Shown: positions 9,833-19,956 of the stretch, piece by piece
Layout of the letters: each line of letters opens with the position of its first letter
How positions within the stretch are numbered: the stretch's first letter is position 1
Assembly (NCBI GenBank): GCA_905478995.1
Contig: CAJQKT010000036.1
Span: forward strand, 4,435 to 68,434
From: an uncultured Pseudomonadales bacterium
GTDB lineage: Bacteria > Pseudomonadota > Gammaproteobacteria > Pseudomonadales > UBA7434
DNA: 64,000 nt
Reading direction: 5' to 3'
Translations under genes and position numbers: made by a program
Notes under the pieces: generated by a model
The model's input: the letters and a program-made list of their open reading frames with translations, nothing else
What the model was told of the DNA's origin: nothing
Database searches by the model: none

Positions 9833-10468
9833 TTACAAGCTAACTCTGTCGGCGGGTATATCAACTCCAGCAATCAGCAATAACTCATCAATCATTTTCA
9901 AAGTCATACCCCAGACAACTTTTTCTTCGCTGTAGCGAAAACATGGCAACGAAACCGTTTTACCCGCTATTGAGTACTGCAAACTCGAGCGATTACGTAA
10001 ATCGGCAAAATAACTGAGCGGAATCCAAACTGTGTCAGCCACTTCATAATTGATGGTTAAGTGAGGGCGCTTTTCAACTAAGAAAACATAGGGCGACACG
10101 ACCATATCAATAGGAATGGCGCGCTGACGAGTACTGAAATCGGAGAGACGACCAATCACCTGCCCGGGCGTATGCGCCCCCTCAAGTTGATCAATATCAA
10201 ACCCAACCTCTTCGTGCATCTCTCGTTTAGCTGTCGCTAAGCCATTGCGATCATAATCTTCATGCCGGCCACCGGGAAACGCCATATGGCCGGACCAAGG
10301 ATCGCTTTCATGTTTAGCACGCTGAATAAGCAATAGCGATGCGTTAGCCAAGTCATCTTGATCCATCACCATGGCCACGGCAGAACGCCGTTTTTGATAA
10401 CGCTCAGCAAGCTTTTGCGGCTTAGCAGCTGCCAGTATTTGCGATAGGGAGTCGTTACTTAACTGCAT
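9833..10468 (-). CDS. NUDIX hydrolase, CoA pyrophosphatase-like
   Basis: 211 aa with LLLIQRAKH...GHMAFPGG followed by the Nudix box REMHEEVGF. Confidence 0.75.
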   Translation of the reverse strand: MQLSNDSLSQILAAAKPQKLAERYQKRRSAVAMVMDQDDLANASLLLIQRAKHESDPWSGHMAFPGGRHEDYDRNGLATAKREMHEEVGFDIDQLEGAHTPGQVIGRLSDFSTRQRAIPIDMVVSPYVFLVEKRPHLTINYEVADTVWIPLSYFADLRNRSSLQYSIAGKTVSLPCFRYSEEKVVWGMTLKMIDELLLIAGVDIPADRVSL

Positions 10469-10521
10469 GATAATTCCGTTATATGCCTAGTCAAAAAAAT
10501 CTAGCCATTGTGGCCGAGTCA

Positions 10522-10971
10522 TTAGTAGTCTGCGCCGAGGCGCTCTGCAAATTTATCAATAGACATCAATAGCTGTTTATCATTCACCGCCAGCGAACGC
10601 GCTTTTTGCAAAAATGATTGGCTAAGTGCCAAACGCTTCTGATGGTAGTTCACTTGCGACAAACCAAAATACGCGCGAGCATCATGAGGCGCCACTCGCA
10701 CCGCCCGCTCAATGAGCGCATTGGCGCGCTCATAATGCTGTGCTGCAATAGCCGCACTCGCCTCTGCCAGCAATTGATCGACAGCGCTATTACTAGCGCC
10801 CTCTAACTGCCGGCTTGGCATCGTAATACGCACCGCCTCTGTCTCGGATCGATCAGCCTCAATAATTTCAATATCCGGCACAGCTTCCTCAGGCGGAGCT
10901 ATTGATGAACAAGCGCTTAGCAACAATAAACAACTCCAACCAACTAACTGTAGTAAATGTAAACGCTTCAT
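10522..10971 (-). CDS. TPR-like lipoprotein
   Basis: The internal start gives MKRLHLLQLVGWSCLLLLSACSS, a lipobox signal peptide. The C-terminal half is TPR-like (AQHYERANALIERAV...AYFGLSQVNY). The ORF-track start at 11013 is probably over-extended. Confidence 0.55.
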   Translation of the reverse strand: MKRLHLLQLVGWSCLLLLSACSSIAPPEEAVPDIEIIEADRSETEAVRITMPSRQLEGASNSAVDQLLAEASAAIAAQHYERANALIERAVRVAPHDARAYFGLSQVNYHQKRLALSQSFLQKARSLAVNDKQLLMSIDKFAERLGADY

Positions 10972-11095
10972 TCTATATTCGAGTCCGCAATCAGTGGTGC
11001 CTTTAGGTGCCAAATGGCTATGCGCCGCAATGATTTTTTCGATGGCTTTAAAACCACCGTTAAAAAACCTTGTGGCTCAACTATACGGCATTCAG

Positions 11096-13486
11096 TTAAC
11101 GCAGGCTCTCTTTAAGACCATCACAGACAATTGGGCCTTTAGGCTCACTGCCCTCAATAAACGGTAAACGATAAGCGTTACTGCAAGCTGATCGCGTGCG
11201 CTGTCCGGTCCTCACATTAACCCATACGTCTACGATATTCGCCGGCGCCAACAACTGCAACGACTGCCTACTGGAGCGAGCAATCAAATCACTCCAAATG
11301 GGTAATGCGCCGCTGCTGCCGGTATAGGGCGTTTGCGTATTATCGTCGTAGCCCACCCACACCACCGCAAGCAAGTCACCGGTATAACCTGCAAACCAAC
11401 TATCTCGCTGACCGCCCGAGGTTCCTGTTTTACCAGCAAATGTTCCGTCGCCTAATCGGCCTGATGCAGCAACAGCACTACCGTATTTCCCAACATGTAC
11501 TAATGCCTGCTGAATAAGATAATTACTTTGTACCGAGCCGGCTTGCTGAGTCTGATAAGGGAATCGCTCTAACGGCTGGCCGTCTTTATCAAGCACCGAG
11601 CGAATAGCTTTTAAGGGCGTGCGGAAGCCATTAGTGGCAATGGTTTGATAAAGGCTAGCCACCTCAACCGGTGCAAGCTGAGTTGTACCAATAAACAACG
11701 ACGGCACTGCGAGTAATTCACGCTGCTGGCCCATTTCTTTGAGTGTCTCAATAACCGAATCAAGACCTACTGAATCGCCTAAGCGAGCTGTTGCTTGATT
11801 ATATGATTTGGCCATTGCTGTTACTAACGGCACCTCACCGTGATCTTTACGATCAAAATTACGCGGTGACCACACGCCTCCATTCCGATCTTTTATCGGT
11901 ATCGGTGCGTCATCGAGCAGTGTTGCTAAGGTGTATCGCTCAGGCTGCTCAAGCGCAGTAAGATAGACAAACGGCTTAATCACTGAGCCGATGGATCGCC
12001 GGGCATCTAACGCTCGATTAAAGCCGGCATAGCGAGGATTGCGTCCGCCAACTATAGCCATAACTTCTCCAGTTGCTGGATGCGTCACCAACACCGCAGC
12101 CTGTAACTGTTTGTCGCTCAATGCCGTGGCACCGGACTCCATTTTAGCTAATCGATCTTGAACAGCCCGCTCTGCACTGCGCTGCACGCGCGGATCAAAA
12201 CTTGTATAAATTTTGAGACCGTTAGAAACCAAGTCTTGTTGCTGATAAACCTCAGCCAACTGACGCTTGACCATGTCCATATAAGCCGGAAAAACAAAGT
12301 GCGACTGAGATTTCTTTCCAAGATTAAGCGGCTGCTCGCGCGCCCAGCGCGAATCCTCCTCGGCCAATAAACCATGCAACACCAGCGCATCAAGCACCCT
12401 GTTACGCCGATCTATGGCGCGTGAAGCATGCCGCCACGGGTCGTAATAAGTAGGCCCGCGCACAACAGCAACTAATAAAGCCAGTTTCTCAATACTCAAT
12501 TCATGCAGCGAGCGATTGAAGTAATGCTGGCTGGCCAAACCAAATCCATGAACGCCGCGTGCGCCGGCTTGGCCGAGGTACACTTCGTTTAAATAGGCCT
12601 CAAGAATAGGTTCTTTTTCGTAGTGAATCTCCAGTAAGAGAGACATTAACGCTTCCGTGAATTTACGCCGCAACGTTCGTCGCTGATCTAAATAAAAGTT
12701 CTTTACCAATTGCTGCGTGATCGTAGAACCACCCTGTACCACCGAGCCGCTGCGAGCGTTGGCCAGTGCCGCTCGAGCTATAGCCGCGGGAGACACACCG
12801 TGGTGTTGATAAAACCGATGATCCTCAACGGCTAATAGTGCGGCAGTCAACAAAGGCGGCACATCTTCTATTTTTACTAAAATTCGATCTTCACGATGAC
12901 GTGGATAAATTGCGCCAATCTCCATCGGCTCAAGCCTCAGCAACGGCAAAGGTCGCTGTGCTAATGTTTGCAGCTGAGCAATGCGACCGTTCTTAAACGT
13001 TATTTGCGCCTGCTGCGCACGCTCGTCGCCATCCCAAAACTGATATCCACGCGAATAAAGAGTGATGGTTTTTCCACTGCGGTAGTAACTACCTGGCTGT
13101 GTTGCACTGCTTGGGCGATAACCCAAATCGATCAACTCCGACTCGAGCTCATCCGCACTTAAACCCAACCCATTAAATAACTCCAGTGGACGCGCGTAAA
13201 CGCGCGCTGGTAGCTGCCACTTCTTACCATCAAAACTACTGCGTATAGTTGCGTCTAAGTAAATGACATAACTGACAAAAATGACTAGAAGCGACAAATA
13301 AACTTTTAAGGCCAGCGGGTGTATTAGCCACTTGAGTAGCCCAACTAGAGCTTTCAGCGGCGAGCGCCCACCCTGCTCATAAATATTTTTTTGACTCGCT
13401 TTCTTACCGCTTTTAGAGGATTTTTTTTTGGCACCCGGTTGCGCTGTGCGCTTGCGAGATGGTTTTTCTTGGGCTTTTTTTACCAT
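11096..13486 (-). CDS. mrcB: penicillin-binding protein 1B (bifunctional transglycosylase/transpeptidase)
   Basis: 796 aa with a basic N-terminal tail and one TM segment, the GT51 motifs EDHRFYQHHGV and GGSTITQQL, a UB2H-like insert, and the transpeptidase motifs SVIKPF and KTGTS. Confidence 0.9.
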   Translation of the reverse strand: MVKKAQEKPSRKRTAQPGAKKKSSKSGKKASQKNIYEQGGRSPLKALVGLLKWLIHPLALKVYLSLLVIFVSYVIYLDATIRSSFDGKKWQLPARVYARPLELFNGLGLSADELESELIDLGYRPSSATQPGSYYRSGKTITLYSRGYQFWDGDERAQQAQITFKNGRIAQLQTLAQRPLPLLRLEPMEIGAIYPRHREDRILVKIEDVPPLLTAALLAVEDHRFYQHHGVSPAAIARAALANARSGSVVQGGSTITQQLVKNFYLDQRRTLRRKFTEALMSLLLEIHYEKEPILEAYLNEVYLGQAGARGVHGFGLASQHYFNRSLHELSIEKLALLVAVVRGPTYYDPWRHASRAIDRRNRVLDALVLHGLLAEEDSRWAREQPLNLGKKSQSHFVFPAYMDMVKRQLAEVYQQQDLVSNGLKIYTSFDPRVQRSAERAVQDRLAKMESGATALSDKQLQAAVLVTHPATGEVMAIVGGRNPRYAGFNRALDARRSIGSVIKPFVYLTALEQPERYTLATLLDDAPIPIKDRNGGVWSPRNFDRKDHGEVPLVTAMAKSYNQATARLGDSVGLDSVIETLKEMGQQRELLAVPSLFIGTTQLAPVEVASLYQTIATNGFRTPLKAIRSVLDKDGQPLERFPYQTQQAGSVQSNYLIQQALVHVGKYGSAVAASGRLGDGTFAGKTGTSGGQRDSWFAGYTGDLLAVVWVGYDDNTQTPYTGSSGALPIWSDLIARSSRQSLQLLAPANIVDVWVNVRTGQRTRSACSNAYRLPFIEGSEPKGPIVCDGLKESLR

Positions 13487-13662
13487 TACTTGCGTTTACT
13501 CGTTAAGCTCATTATCGTGCTCTACAGTTTTCGTGCGAGCCTAGGGTTCCTAGCTCTTGAGTGCCACTCTACCTTTTTACAAAGTAAGCGCAGCGACAAG
13601 TGCCATCGACAAGTCCATCGCTGCAAACAATCAATCCATACTGCTGGAGATGAAACAACACA

Positions 13663-14661
13663 ATGAACAATTATCATATTTATGCCATTGGTGCAGCGCT
13701 GGTCGATACTGAAATTGAAGTAACCGACCAAGATTTAGCAACACTTAACGTAGAAAAAGGCATGATGACGCTAGTCGATCCAGCTCGACGTCAGCAATTG
13801 CTCGATCATCTTGAAGGTCATTTAGTTCATGCGCAACGTGCCAGTGGTGGCTCTGCCGGTAACACTATCATAGCTGCCAGTTACTTTGGGGCCTCAACTT
13901 TTTTCAGTGGCAAAGTTGCAAACGATGATAACGGCGAATTTTACATGCGTGATATGGCAAACGCGGGCGTAGCAACACCTGCGCAGAACCCTGAAGGAGG
14001 CATTACTGGTAAATGCTTGATTCTCATCACGCCTGATGCCGAGCGCTCGATGAATACCTTTTTAGGTGCCAGCGAACAGTTTTCGGCACGCGAACTTGAT
14101 AGCGACGCAATCGCGGCTTCGGCCTACCTATATATTGAAAGTTATTTAGTTACCTCGCCAAGCGGCAAGCAAGCTGCCATTGAGGCTGCCAAGCTGGCAC
14201 GCAGCAACAATACCAAGATTGCATTGAGCTTCTCTGACCCTGGCATCATCGAATATTTTCATGCCGGAGTTCTAGAAATTATGGGCGGTAGGATCGCGCT
14301 GGCATTTTGCAATCGCGATGAAGCATTGAGCTTCGCAAAAACTGAGGACCTAGACCAAGCCATTAAGGTACTGCATGACCATTGCGATGAATTCGTTATT
14401 ACTTTAGGCGCCGAAGGAGCGCTAATTTACGATGGCGAAACCATGCATGCTATTGATGGAGTTAAGGTTGAAGCCATTGATACCAATGGGGCCGGCGACA
14501 TGTTCGCAGGCGCTTTTTTATATGGCATTTCGCATGGCATGACCCACGCCCAAGCGGGCAAGTTTGCAAGCTTGGCAGCGTCCCGTGTGGTTTCACAATT
14601 TGGCCCTCGCTTACAACCTGCTCAGCACGCGAAACTGTTAGAACAGTTCCAGCAAGCCTGA
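13663..14661 (+). CDS. PfkB-family kinase, adenosine kinase-like
   Basis: 332 aa with GGSAGNT near the N-terminus and the DTNGAGDMFAGAFLYG PfkB signature near the C-terminus. Confidence 0.7.
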   Translation: MNNYHIYAIGAALVDTEIEVTDQDLATLNVEKGMMTLVDPARRQQLLDHLEGHLVHAQRASGGSAGNTIIAASYFGASTFFSGKVANDDNGEFYMRDMANAGVATPAQNPEGGITGKCLILITPDAERSMNTFLGASEQFSARELDSDAIAASAYLYIESYLVTSPSGKQAAIEAAKLARSNNTKIALSFSDPGIIEYFHAGVLEIMGGRIALAFCNRDEALSFAKTEDLDQAIKVLHDHCDEFVITLGAEGALIYDGETMHAIDGVKVEAIDTNGAGDMFAGAFLYGISHGMTHAQAGKFASLAASRVVSQFGPRLQPAQHAKLLEQFQQA

Positions 14662-14708
14662 AAAAAGCGGAAGACCCAAACCCGGAAAAAGTGCTGCAAG
14701 TAAGTCGC

Positions 14709-14739
14709 GCATTACATGGCCGATTAGACCATGCAATGT
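14709..14739. terminator. stem-loop between convergent gene ends (possible bidirectional terminator)
   Basis: GCATTACATGG (14709-14719) pairs with CCATGCAATGT (14729-14739) at 10 of 11 positions. It lies between the stops at 14661 (+) and 14749 (-). The flanking T runs are weak. Confidence 0.35.
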
Positions 14740-14748
14740 GCAGTAATT

Positions 14749-15801
14749 TTAGCTGCGTCGCGCGAGCACAGCCTGCGACAATTGCTCCATGACAGCCTCA
14801 GTATCTTGCCAGCCAATGCAGGCATCAGTGATGCTCTGACCATAAGTCAGCTCGTGACCTTCAACAACTTTTTGATTGCCTTCCACTAAGTGGCTTTCAA
14901 TCATCACACCAAACAAGCTTTGCGAGCCCGCCGAAATCTGCTGCGAAATATCAGTGCTAACATCCAACTGCCGCTTAAACTGCTTGGCGCTGTTAGCATG
15001 ACTAAAATCAACCATGACTTTTTCATTAACCCCAGCAGCTGCCAATTGCTTGGCCGTCGCATTAACATGCTCGGCGCTGTAGTTTGGCTCGCTGCCACCA
15101 CGCAAAATGATATGGCAATCTTCATTACCTTTTGTAGTAATGATGGCTGAATGGCCAAATTTCGTGACCGACAAAAAGTGATGGGGATTATTGCCGGCAC
15201 CAATGCCATCTATAGCGATTTGAATACTACCTTTTGTACCATTCTTAAATCCTACTGGGCATGATAAACCAGAGGCCAGCTCGCGATGGATTTGCGATTC
15301 CGTCGTGCGCGCACCAATAGCACCCCAACTCATTAAATCGCCCACATATTGTGGAGAAATAACGTCGAGAAACTCCCCCGCTGTGGGCAGCCCCATATCA
15401 TTTATTTCGCATAGCAATTGCCGCGCTATCCGCAAGCCATCGTTAATTTTGAAACTGTCATCCATATAAGGGTCGTTAATCAAACCCTTCCAACCTACCG
15501 TGGTGCGTGGCTTTTCAAAATACACACGCATCACAATCTCAAGCGTGTCTGCATAGGTTTCACGCAGTACCTTTAAGCGCGAGGCATATTCTTTGGCGGC
15601 ATTAACGTCATGAATTGAACAAGGCCCAGAAATAACCAGCAAGCGATCGTCTTCGCCTGCAAGAATATTGTGAGTAGCCTGGCGCGAGGATAATACCGTG
15701 GCAGCGGCTACCTCACTCACCGGGAAGCGCTCCATCAATGCTACCGGTGGCAACAGTTCTTTTATTTGATCAATTCTTACGTCGTCTGTGGAATGACTCA
15801 C
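14749..15801 (-). CDS. 3-deoxy-7-phosphoheptulonate (DAHP) synthase, class I
   Basis: 350 aa with N-terminal RIDQIKELLPP, plus GPCSIHD and KPRTTVGWKGLINDP. It is collinear with the AroF/G/H family, but the isozyme cannot be assigned by eye. Confidence 0.9.
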   Translation of the reverse strand: MSHSTDDVRIDQIKELLPPVALMERFPVSEVAAATVLSSRQATHNILAGEDDRLLVISGPCSIHDVNAAKEYASRLKVLRETYADTLEIVMRVYFEKPRTTVGWKGLINDPYMDDSFKINDGLRIARQLLCEINDMGLPTAGEFLDVISPQYVGDLMSWGAIGARTTESQIHRELASGLSCPVGFKNGTKGSIQIAIDGIGAGNNPHHFLSVTKFGHSAIITTKGNEDCHIILRGGSEPNYSAEHVNATAKQLAAAGVNEKVMVDFSHANSAKQFKRQLDVSTDISQQISAGSQSLFGVMIESHLVEGNQKVVEGHELTYGQSITDACIGWQDTEAVMEQLSQAVLARRS

Positions 15802-15992
15802 TACAAAACTCTCATCATGTTGGTTTATGCGCTGCTACCATAGCGCTCAAAATTAATAACCGTGTAAAACTATGGCGCTAAAATCAGGGGGCAGTTACAA
15901 AACACTCGCCCTATTAAGATAGTAACCGAAAACGTGCGATTATCCAGCGCAGCAGCAAACTTAGCCGCAGGTCAATCAACGCTAAAAACACG

Positions 15993-17036
15993 TCAGCCTT
16001 TAGTTAACAGCTCTCGTAAATCAATGATACCGGCATTTGCACGCGATATATAAGAAGCCATCACTAAAGAGTGGTTAGCAAACAAACCAAAACCACTACC
16101 ATTAAGTACTATAGGGCTCCATATCGTTTGCTGTGTTGCCTCAAGCTCGCGCACGATTTGACGCATGCTGACTAGGGCGTTTTTCTTTTGTAAGACGTCG
16201 GCAAAGTCAATTTCTATAGCCTGCAAGCAGTGCACCAAAGCCCAGCTTGTGCCGCGCGCCTCATACAAAACATCATCAATTTCATTCCAAGGAGTTTTAA
16301 CCATTTGATCCTCCTCACTTAGCGTTGATTGGCTAGCTTCGGCATCTCCGGCTAAATCAGTATTGAGACGCCTTTGCCCCACGCTTGCACTCAGCCGCTG
16401 CGACAAGCTGCCCAGGCGTGACTCAACGGTAGCGAGCCAGTTAACCAAGTTGTCTGCGCGCGTAAAAAATTGCGATCCCGCTTGACTTGGGTCAGACAGG
16501 CGCCACAAATACTCCAAGGTGTAATTCACACCCTCGCGATACTCATCTTCAGAGCGTGGGAAAATCCAACTATCATTATCAAAATTGAAACGTGGCTCAG
16601 CCAAAGCCAAATCCACATCCTCGGTAGACTGCGACTGTGAACGGCTAAAGCCTTGGCGCATCGAGCGAGCCAGATCTCGCACCTGCACCAATACTCCAAA
16701 CTCCCAATTAGGCATATTATCGAGGCCAGCACCGGGTAAAGTAATGTCATTGCTAAGAAAGCCACCGGGCTTATCGAGCAGCGTTTCAGCCAATGCAACC
16801 AGCGTGGCCGTAGTCACCGAACCCGGCACTACAATTCTATTTTCGGCTTCGCTGCGCTCAACCGCATTCTGCAGCACATTAAAGGTCGGCGGCTCACCAG
16901 ACCATAAAAACGCTAGCACCGTTGCCAGCAAGAGGTAAAGCAGCAGCGCGGCAGCAAAAATTTTAAGCACCATGCTGTTAGTCCACCAATAGGAAGCATC
17001 GGCTTTTAACATTTCTACACGATCTTTCGAATCCAT
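15993..17036 (-). CDS. membrane-anchored hypothetical protein (possibly DUF2333 family)
   Basis: About 347 aa from the internal start MDSKDR, with a single N-terminal TM segment (IFAAALLLYLLLATVLAFLW) and a soluble remainder. The DUF2333 assignment is from memory of length and topology only. Confidence 0.5.
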   Translation of the reverse strand: MDSKDRVEMLKADASYWWTNSMVLKIFAAALLLYLLLATVLAFLWSGEPPTFNVLQNAVERSEAENRIVVPGSVTTATLVALAETLLDKPGGFLSNDITLPGAGLDNMPNWEFGVLVQVRDLARSMRQGFSRSQSQSTEDVDLALAEPRFNFDNDSWIFPRSEDEYREGVNYTLEYLWRLSDPSQAGSQFFTRADNLVNWLATVESRLGSLSQRLSASVGQRRLNTDLAGDAEASQSTLSEEDQMVKTPWNEIDDVLYEARGTSWALVHCLQAIEIDFADVLQKKNALVSMRQIVRELEATQQTIWSPIVLNGSGFGLFANHSLVMASYISRANAGIIDLRELLTKG

Positions 17037-17125
17037 ATCGGAAGCTCTTAAGCGAAGGTTAACAGTAAGATAGGAACGCCGAACATTGAGCAATGACGAC
17101 TTTTACGCGCTCAATTGGGCAGCAT

Positions 17126-17596
17126 CTAACGGACGGCGCGGCCGCTCACTGTAATACTGACATTGTCACCGGTTGTCAGCATCAGCTCAATAGTGATTTT
17201 AGCGCCTTCGGCAAATGATTCAGGTAAACCAAACAACATCAGGTGATGGCCGCCTGGCTGCATGACTAATGTTTCGCCCGCGGGCAACACAAATTGCTCA
17301 ACGCGACGCATCTGCATAACGCCATTTTTATGCACATGCTCATGTAATTCAATTGCACGCACTTGCTCACTAGTAAATGCAGTCAAGCCGACCGCCTGCG
17401 GGGAATTATTGCGCAGCGTCAGGTAGGCGCTAGATACATCGCGCCCCGGGATCGGAAGGCGAAAATAGGCACTTTCGGCCACAATAGGCGCAGATGCCGG
17501 GTTCGTTAATGCCGCATCATCCGTGCTTGTGAGGCTCGCTGCACCATCGGTCGATTCGCCTATACAGGCGACTAAACTGGAAAAAAGCAGGGTCAT
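17126..17596 (-). CDS. periplasmic copper chaperone PCu(A)C (DUF461) lipoprotein
   Basis: The internal start gives MTLLFSSLVACIGE, a lipobox. The Cu-binding pattern is present as ELHEHVHKNGVMQMRRV ... GGHHLML. Confidence 0.8.
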   Translation of the reverse strand: MTLLFSSLVACIGESTDGAASLTSTDDAALTNPASAPIVAESAYFRLPIPGRDVSSAYLTLRNNSPQAVGLTAFTSEQVRAIELHEHVHKNGVMQMRRVEQFVLPAGETLVMQPGGHHLMLFGLPESFAEGAKITIELMLTTGDNVSITVSGRAVR

Positions 17597-17855
17597 TACA
17601 CCCGCCTTGAATAGAGCGCACAAACATTTTGTGAATGGGGCTAATATTATTAACATGAGAAAAGCTCGCTGGAGAAAAAAATTAATGACTCACTGCGCCA
17701 TTATGCACCGGGTGACAGCTTGGCTTAGAAATAATAAACAATATACCATTGCCTCTGCTAAGGCATGAAAGGCCCCAAGCCCAGATGGAATTATTGCCAT
17801 ATCGCAAGGTCGAAAACATTCGGTACCTCATTGACGCTTTGAACACGCTAAACTT

Positions 17856-18617
17856 GTGTCAAGCTCGCGCTGCCTGGCGCATCTTTTAATAAACGGCGAT
17901 CAACCCATGCTTAATATTATCTCTGCACATAACCCATCATCAATAGGGCCCCAACATGGCCTAGCCGCGACCCCAGCTAAATACTTGCGCGCCAAGCTCT
18001 GTCATTACCGGCTAATCATACTGCCCTGGCTTTTCGCACTGGCGAGCTGCGAACCTTCAGCCGAAACGGGCTCCGATCATTCCAACAGCACCGATGCAAT
18101 CCACGGCGACGCGGCGTCAAACCAACTGATGGCTCAGCCCGCCAAGCAAGATGATGCCCCGCCAAGTTACACGCCCAGCAGCGTTTCGTTCGAGAACAAA
18201 AAAAACTCCCCTTTGATGGGTTCCGATTCAGAGTTTCTGCCAGTTGACGAAGCTTTTGTGCTCGATTTAATCCACGGCGAAAAGGGCATCGAGCTGGTCT
18301 GGACCATTGCTCCACAGTACTACCTCTACAAACATAAGTTCACCATCCATAGCCAGAACGATAAACAATCCCCTCTCAAGGCACTGACTGATGTCGCGAT
18401 GTTTGCACAGGGGCTGCGTAAAACGGATGACTATTTTGGACGCGTGGAGGTGTTTTACCATCAGGCGCTGGCGAGTATTACGCAAGGCCAGCTGCTAACC
18501 AAGGATGCCGCCGGCCAAGCCATCAAGCCGGCCTCTTTAAGCGTGCAATATCAAGGCTGCGCCGATGCCGGGCTCTGCTATCCAATTCAAACGCGAATGC
18601 TGCCACTAAATGATTAA
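17856..18617 (+). CDS. stand-alone DsbD N-terminal (alpha) domain protein, predicted lipoprotein
   Basis: FLPVDEAFVLD, APQYYLYKHKF and the C-terminal SVQYQGCADAGLCYPIQT match the DsbD alpha domain, including its Cys pair. The ORF stops right after the domain. A lipobox LFALASC is present, and a TTG at 17985 would give a canonical signal peptide, MRAKLCHYRLIILPWLFALASC. Confidence 0.8.
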   Translation: MSSSRCLAHLLINGDQPMLNIISAHNPSSIGPQHGLAATPAKYLRAKLCHYRLIILPWLFALASCEPSAETGSDHSNSTDAIHGDAASNQLMAQPAKQDDAPPSYTPSSVSFENKKNSPLMGSDSEFLPVDEAFVLDLIHGEKGIELVWTIAPQYYLYKHKFTIHSQNDKQSPLKALTDVAMFAQGLRKTDDYFGRVEVFYHQALASITQGQLLTKDAAGQAIKPASLSVQYQGCADAGLCYPIQTRMLPLND

Positions 18618-18883
18618 ATAACAACAAATACAGGAATATACGAACACAATCGAATCAGATAGCTGCAACTTACAAGCACCAACATGAAATAGACAGGCTA
18701 CTGCAACGAACCATAAAAAATGCACATTCCCGCCTAATACGCCGCTAAAAAACGGCAAATTGTCGCTAAAATCTGACAATAATCGAAAATCGATTGCAAT
18801 CCCCCTCGCCCTACCATAGCATGTACTTCAACGCGGCCCATGCCGCTACAACTATCCAACCTTTTAAGGAATTTTAGAGCGAG

Positions 18884-19333
18884 ATGGCGTCGATTCTTGT
18901 CCTACACGGACCCAACTTGAACATGCTTGGTGTTAGAGAGCCCGCCAAGTATGGCTCCCATACCCTCGCCCAAATTGAGCAGCAATTGGATGCACTCGCC
19001 GCGGAGTCTGCTTGCACGATAAGCCACTTTCAAAGTAACGCCGAGGCAGAATTAGTCGGGCGCGTACAAAAAGCTTACGGCAACACAGACTTTATTATTA
19101 TCAATCCAGCAGCACTCACGCACACAAGTATTGCGCTGCGTGATGCGCTACTTGCCGTGAACATACCATTCATTGAAGTGCATCTATCTAACGTCCACAG
19201 CCGTGAAGACTTTCGCCAGCAGTCTTATTTTTCAGATATTGCCCGCGGTGTAATTACCGGGTTAGGTGCCAGCGGCTATGAGCTAGCATTGCGCGCGGCC
19301 ATCGAGTCACTCAATCAAACTACCGAAGACTGA
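18884..19333 (+). CDS. aroQ: type II 3-dehydroquinate dehydratase
   Basis: 149 aa with [33 protein letters not shown] and [11 protein letters not shown]. Confidence 0.92.
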   Translation: MASILVLHGPNLNMLGVREPAKYGSHTLAQIEQQLDALAAESACTISHFQSNAEAELVGRVQKAYGNTDFIIINPAALTHTSIALRDALLAVNIPFIEVHLSNVHSREDFRQQSYFSDIARGVITGLGASGYELALRAAIESLNQTTED

Positions 19334-19446
19334 TTCTGACGCGCAACGTCATGCTGAGCACATCGTCATGCGCAGCAAGCCACAATTTATAATTTTTACG
19401 CAAACATCGGCCTTCATATAAGGCAACTATTCCGGGAGTTACTGCA

Positions 19447-19890
19447 ATGGACATAAGAAAAGTCAAAAAACTGATTGAGCTGCTCGATGAGTCGAACATA
19501 CAGGAAATTGAAATCCATGAGGGTGAAGAGTCTGTGCGCATTAGCCGCGGCAATGGCGCGGTCGTCATGCAAGCACCCGCACCGCAAGCAGTTGCAGCAG
19601 CACCGGTGGTGGCACCGGCGGTAGAGGCCCCGGCTCCAGCTGCGCCATCTAGTTATGATAAATCGGTGAAGTCGCCAATGGTGGGCACGTTTTATCGCTC
19701 GCCCTCGCCCGATGCCGAATCATTTATTGAAGTAGGACAAACCATTAACAAAGGCGACGTCGTTTGCATTGTCGAGGCAATGAAAATGATGAATCAAATC
19801 GAGGCAGATATATCCGGAGTTGTGCAAGCCATTTTGGTAGAAGATGGCCAGCCAGTCGAATTTGATCAAGATTTAATTGTTATCAGCTAA
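19447..19890 (+). CDS. accB: acetyl-CoA carboxylase biotin carboxyl carrier protein
   Basis: 147 aa with an Ala/Pro-rich linker and the biotinylation motif [12 protein letters not shown]. Confidence 0.95.
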   Translation: MDIRKVKKLIELLDESNIQEIEIHEGEESVRISRGNGAVVMQAPAPQAVAAAPVVAPAVEAPAPAAPSSYDKSVKSPMVGTFYRSPSPDAESFIEVGQTINKGDVVCIVEAMKMMNQIEADISGVVQAILVEDGQPVEFDQDLIVIS

Positions 19891-19956
19891 TTGCAAAGCC
19901 GAACAACTTCTTAGCCGCTAACGAATCTCAGCCGCCTTTATATAAGAGCCCCTCAA

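Noticed and set aside
15838-15879. A TGTAAA half-site (15863-15868) and two AGCGCT-containing decamers (CCATAGCGCT, CTATGGCGCT) upstream of the DAHP synthase gene, considered as a TyrR/PhhR box.
   Set aside because: The second half of the TGTAAA-N6-TTTACA palindrome is absent, and the decamer pair is short enough to be chance. I leave it unannotated.
19560-19660. A repetitive Ala/Pro-rich coding stretch that looks like a tandem repeat.
   Set aside because: It is the normal flexible linker of AccB between the N-terminal and biotinyl domains.
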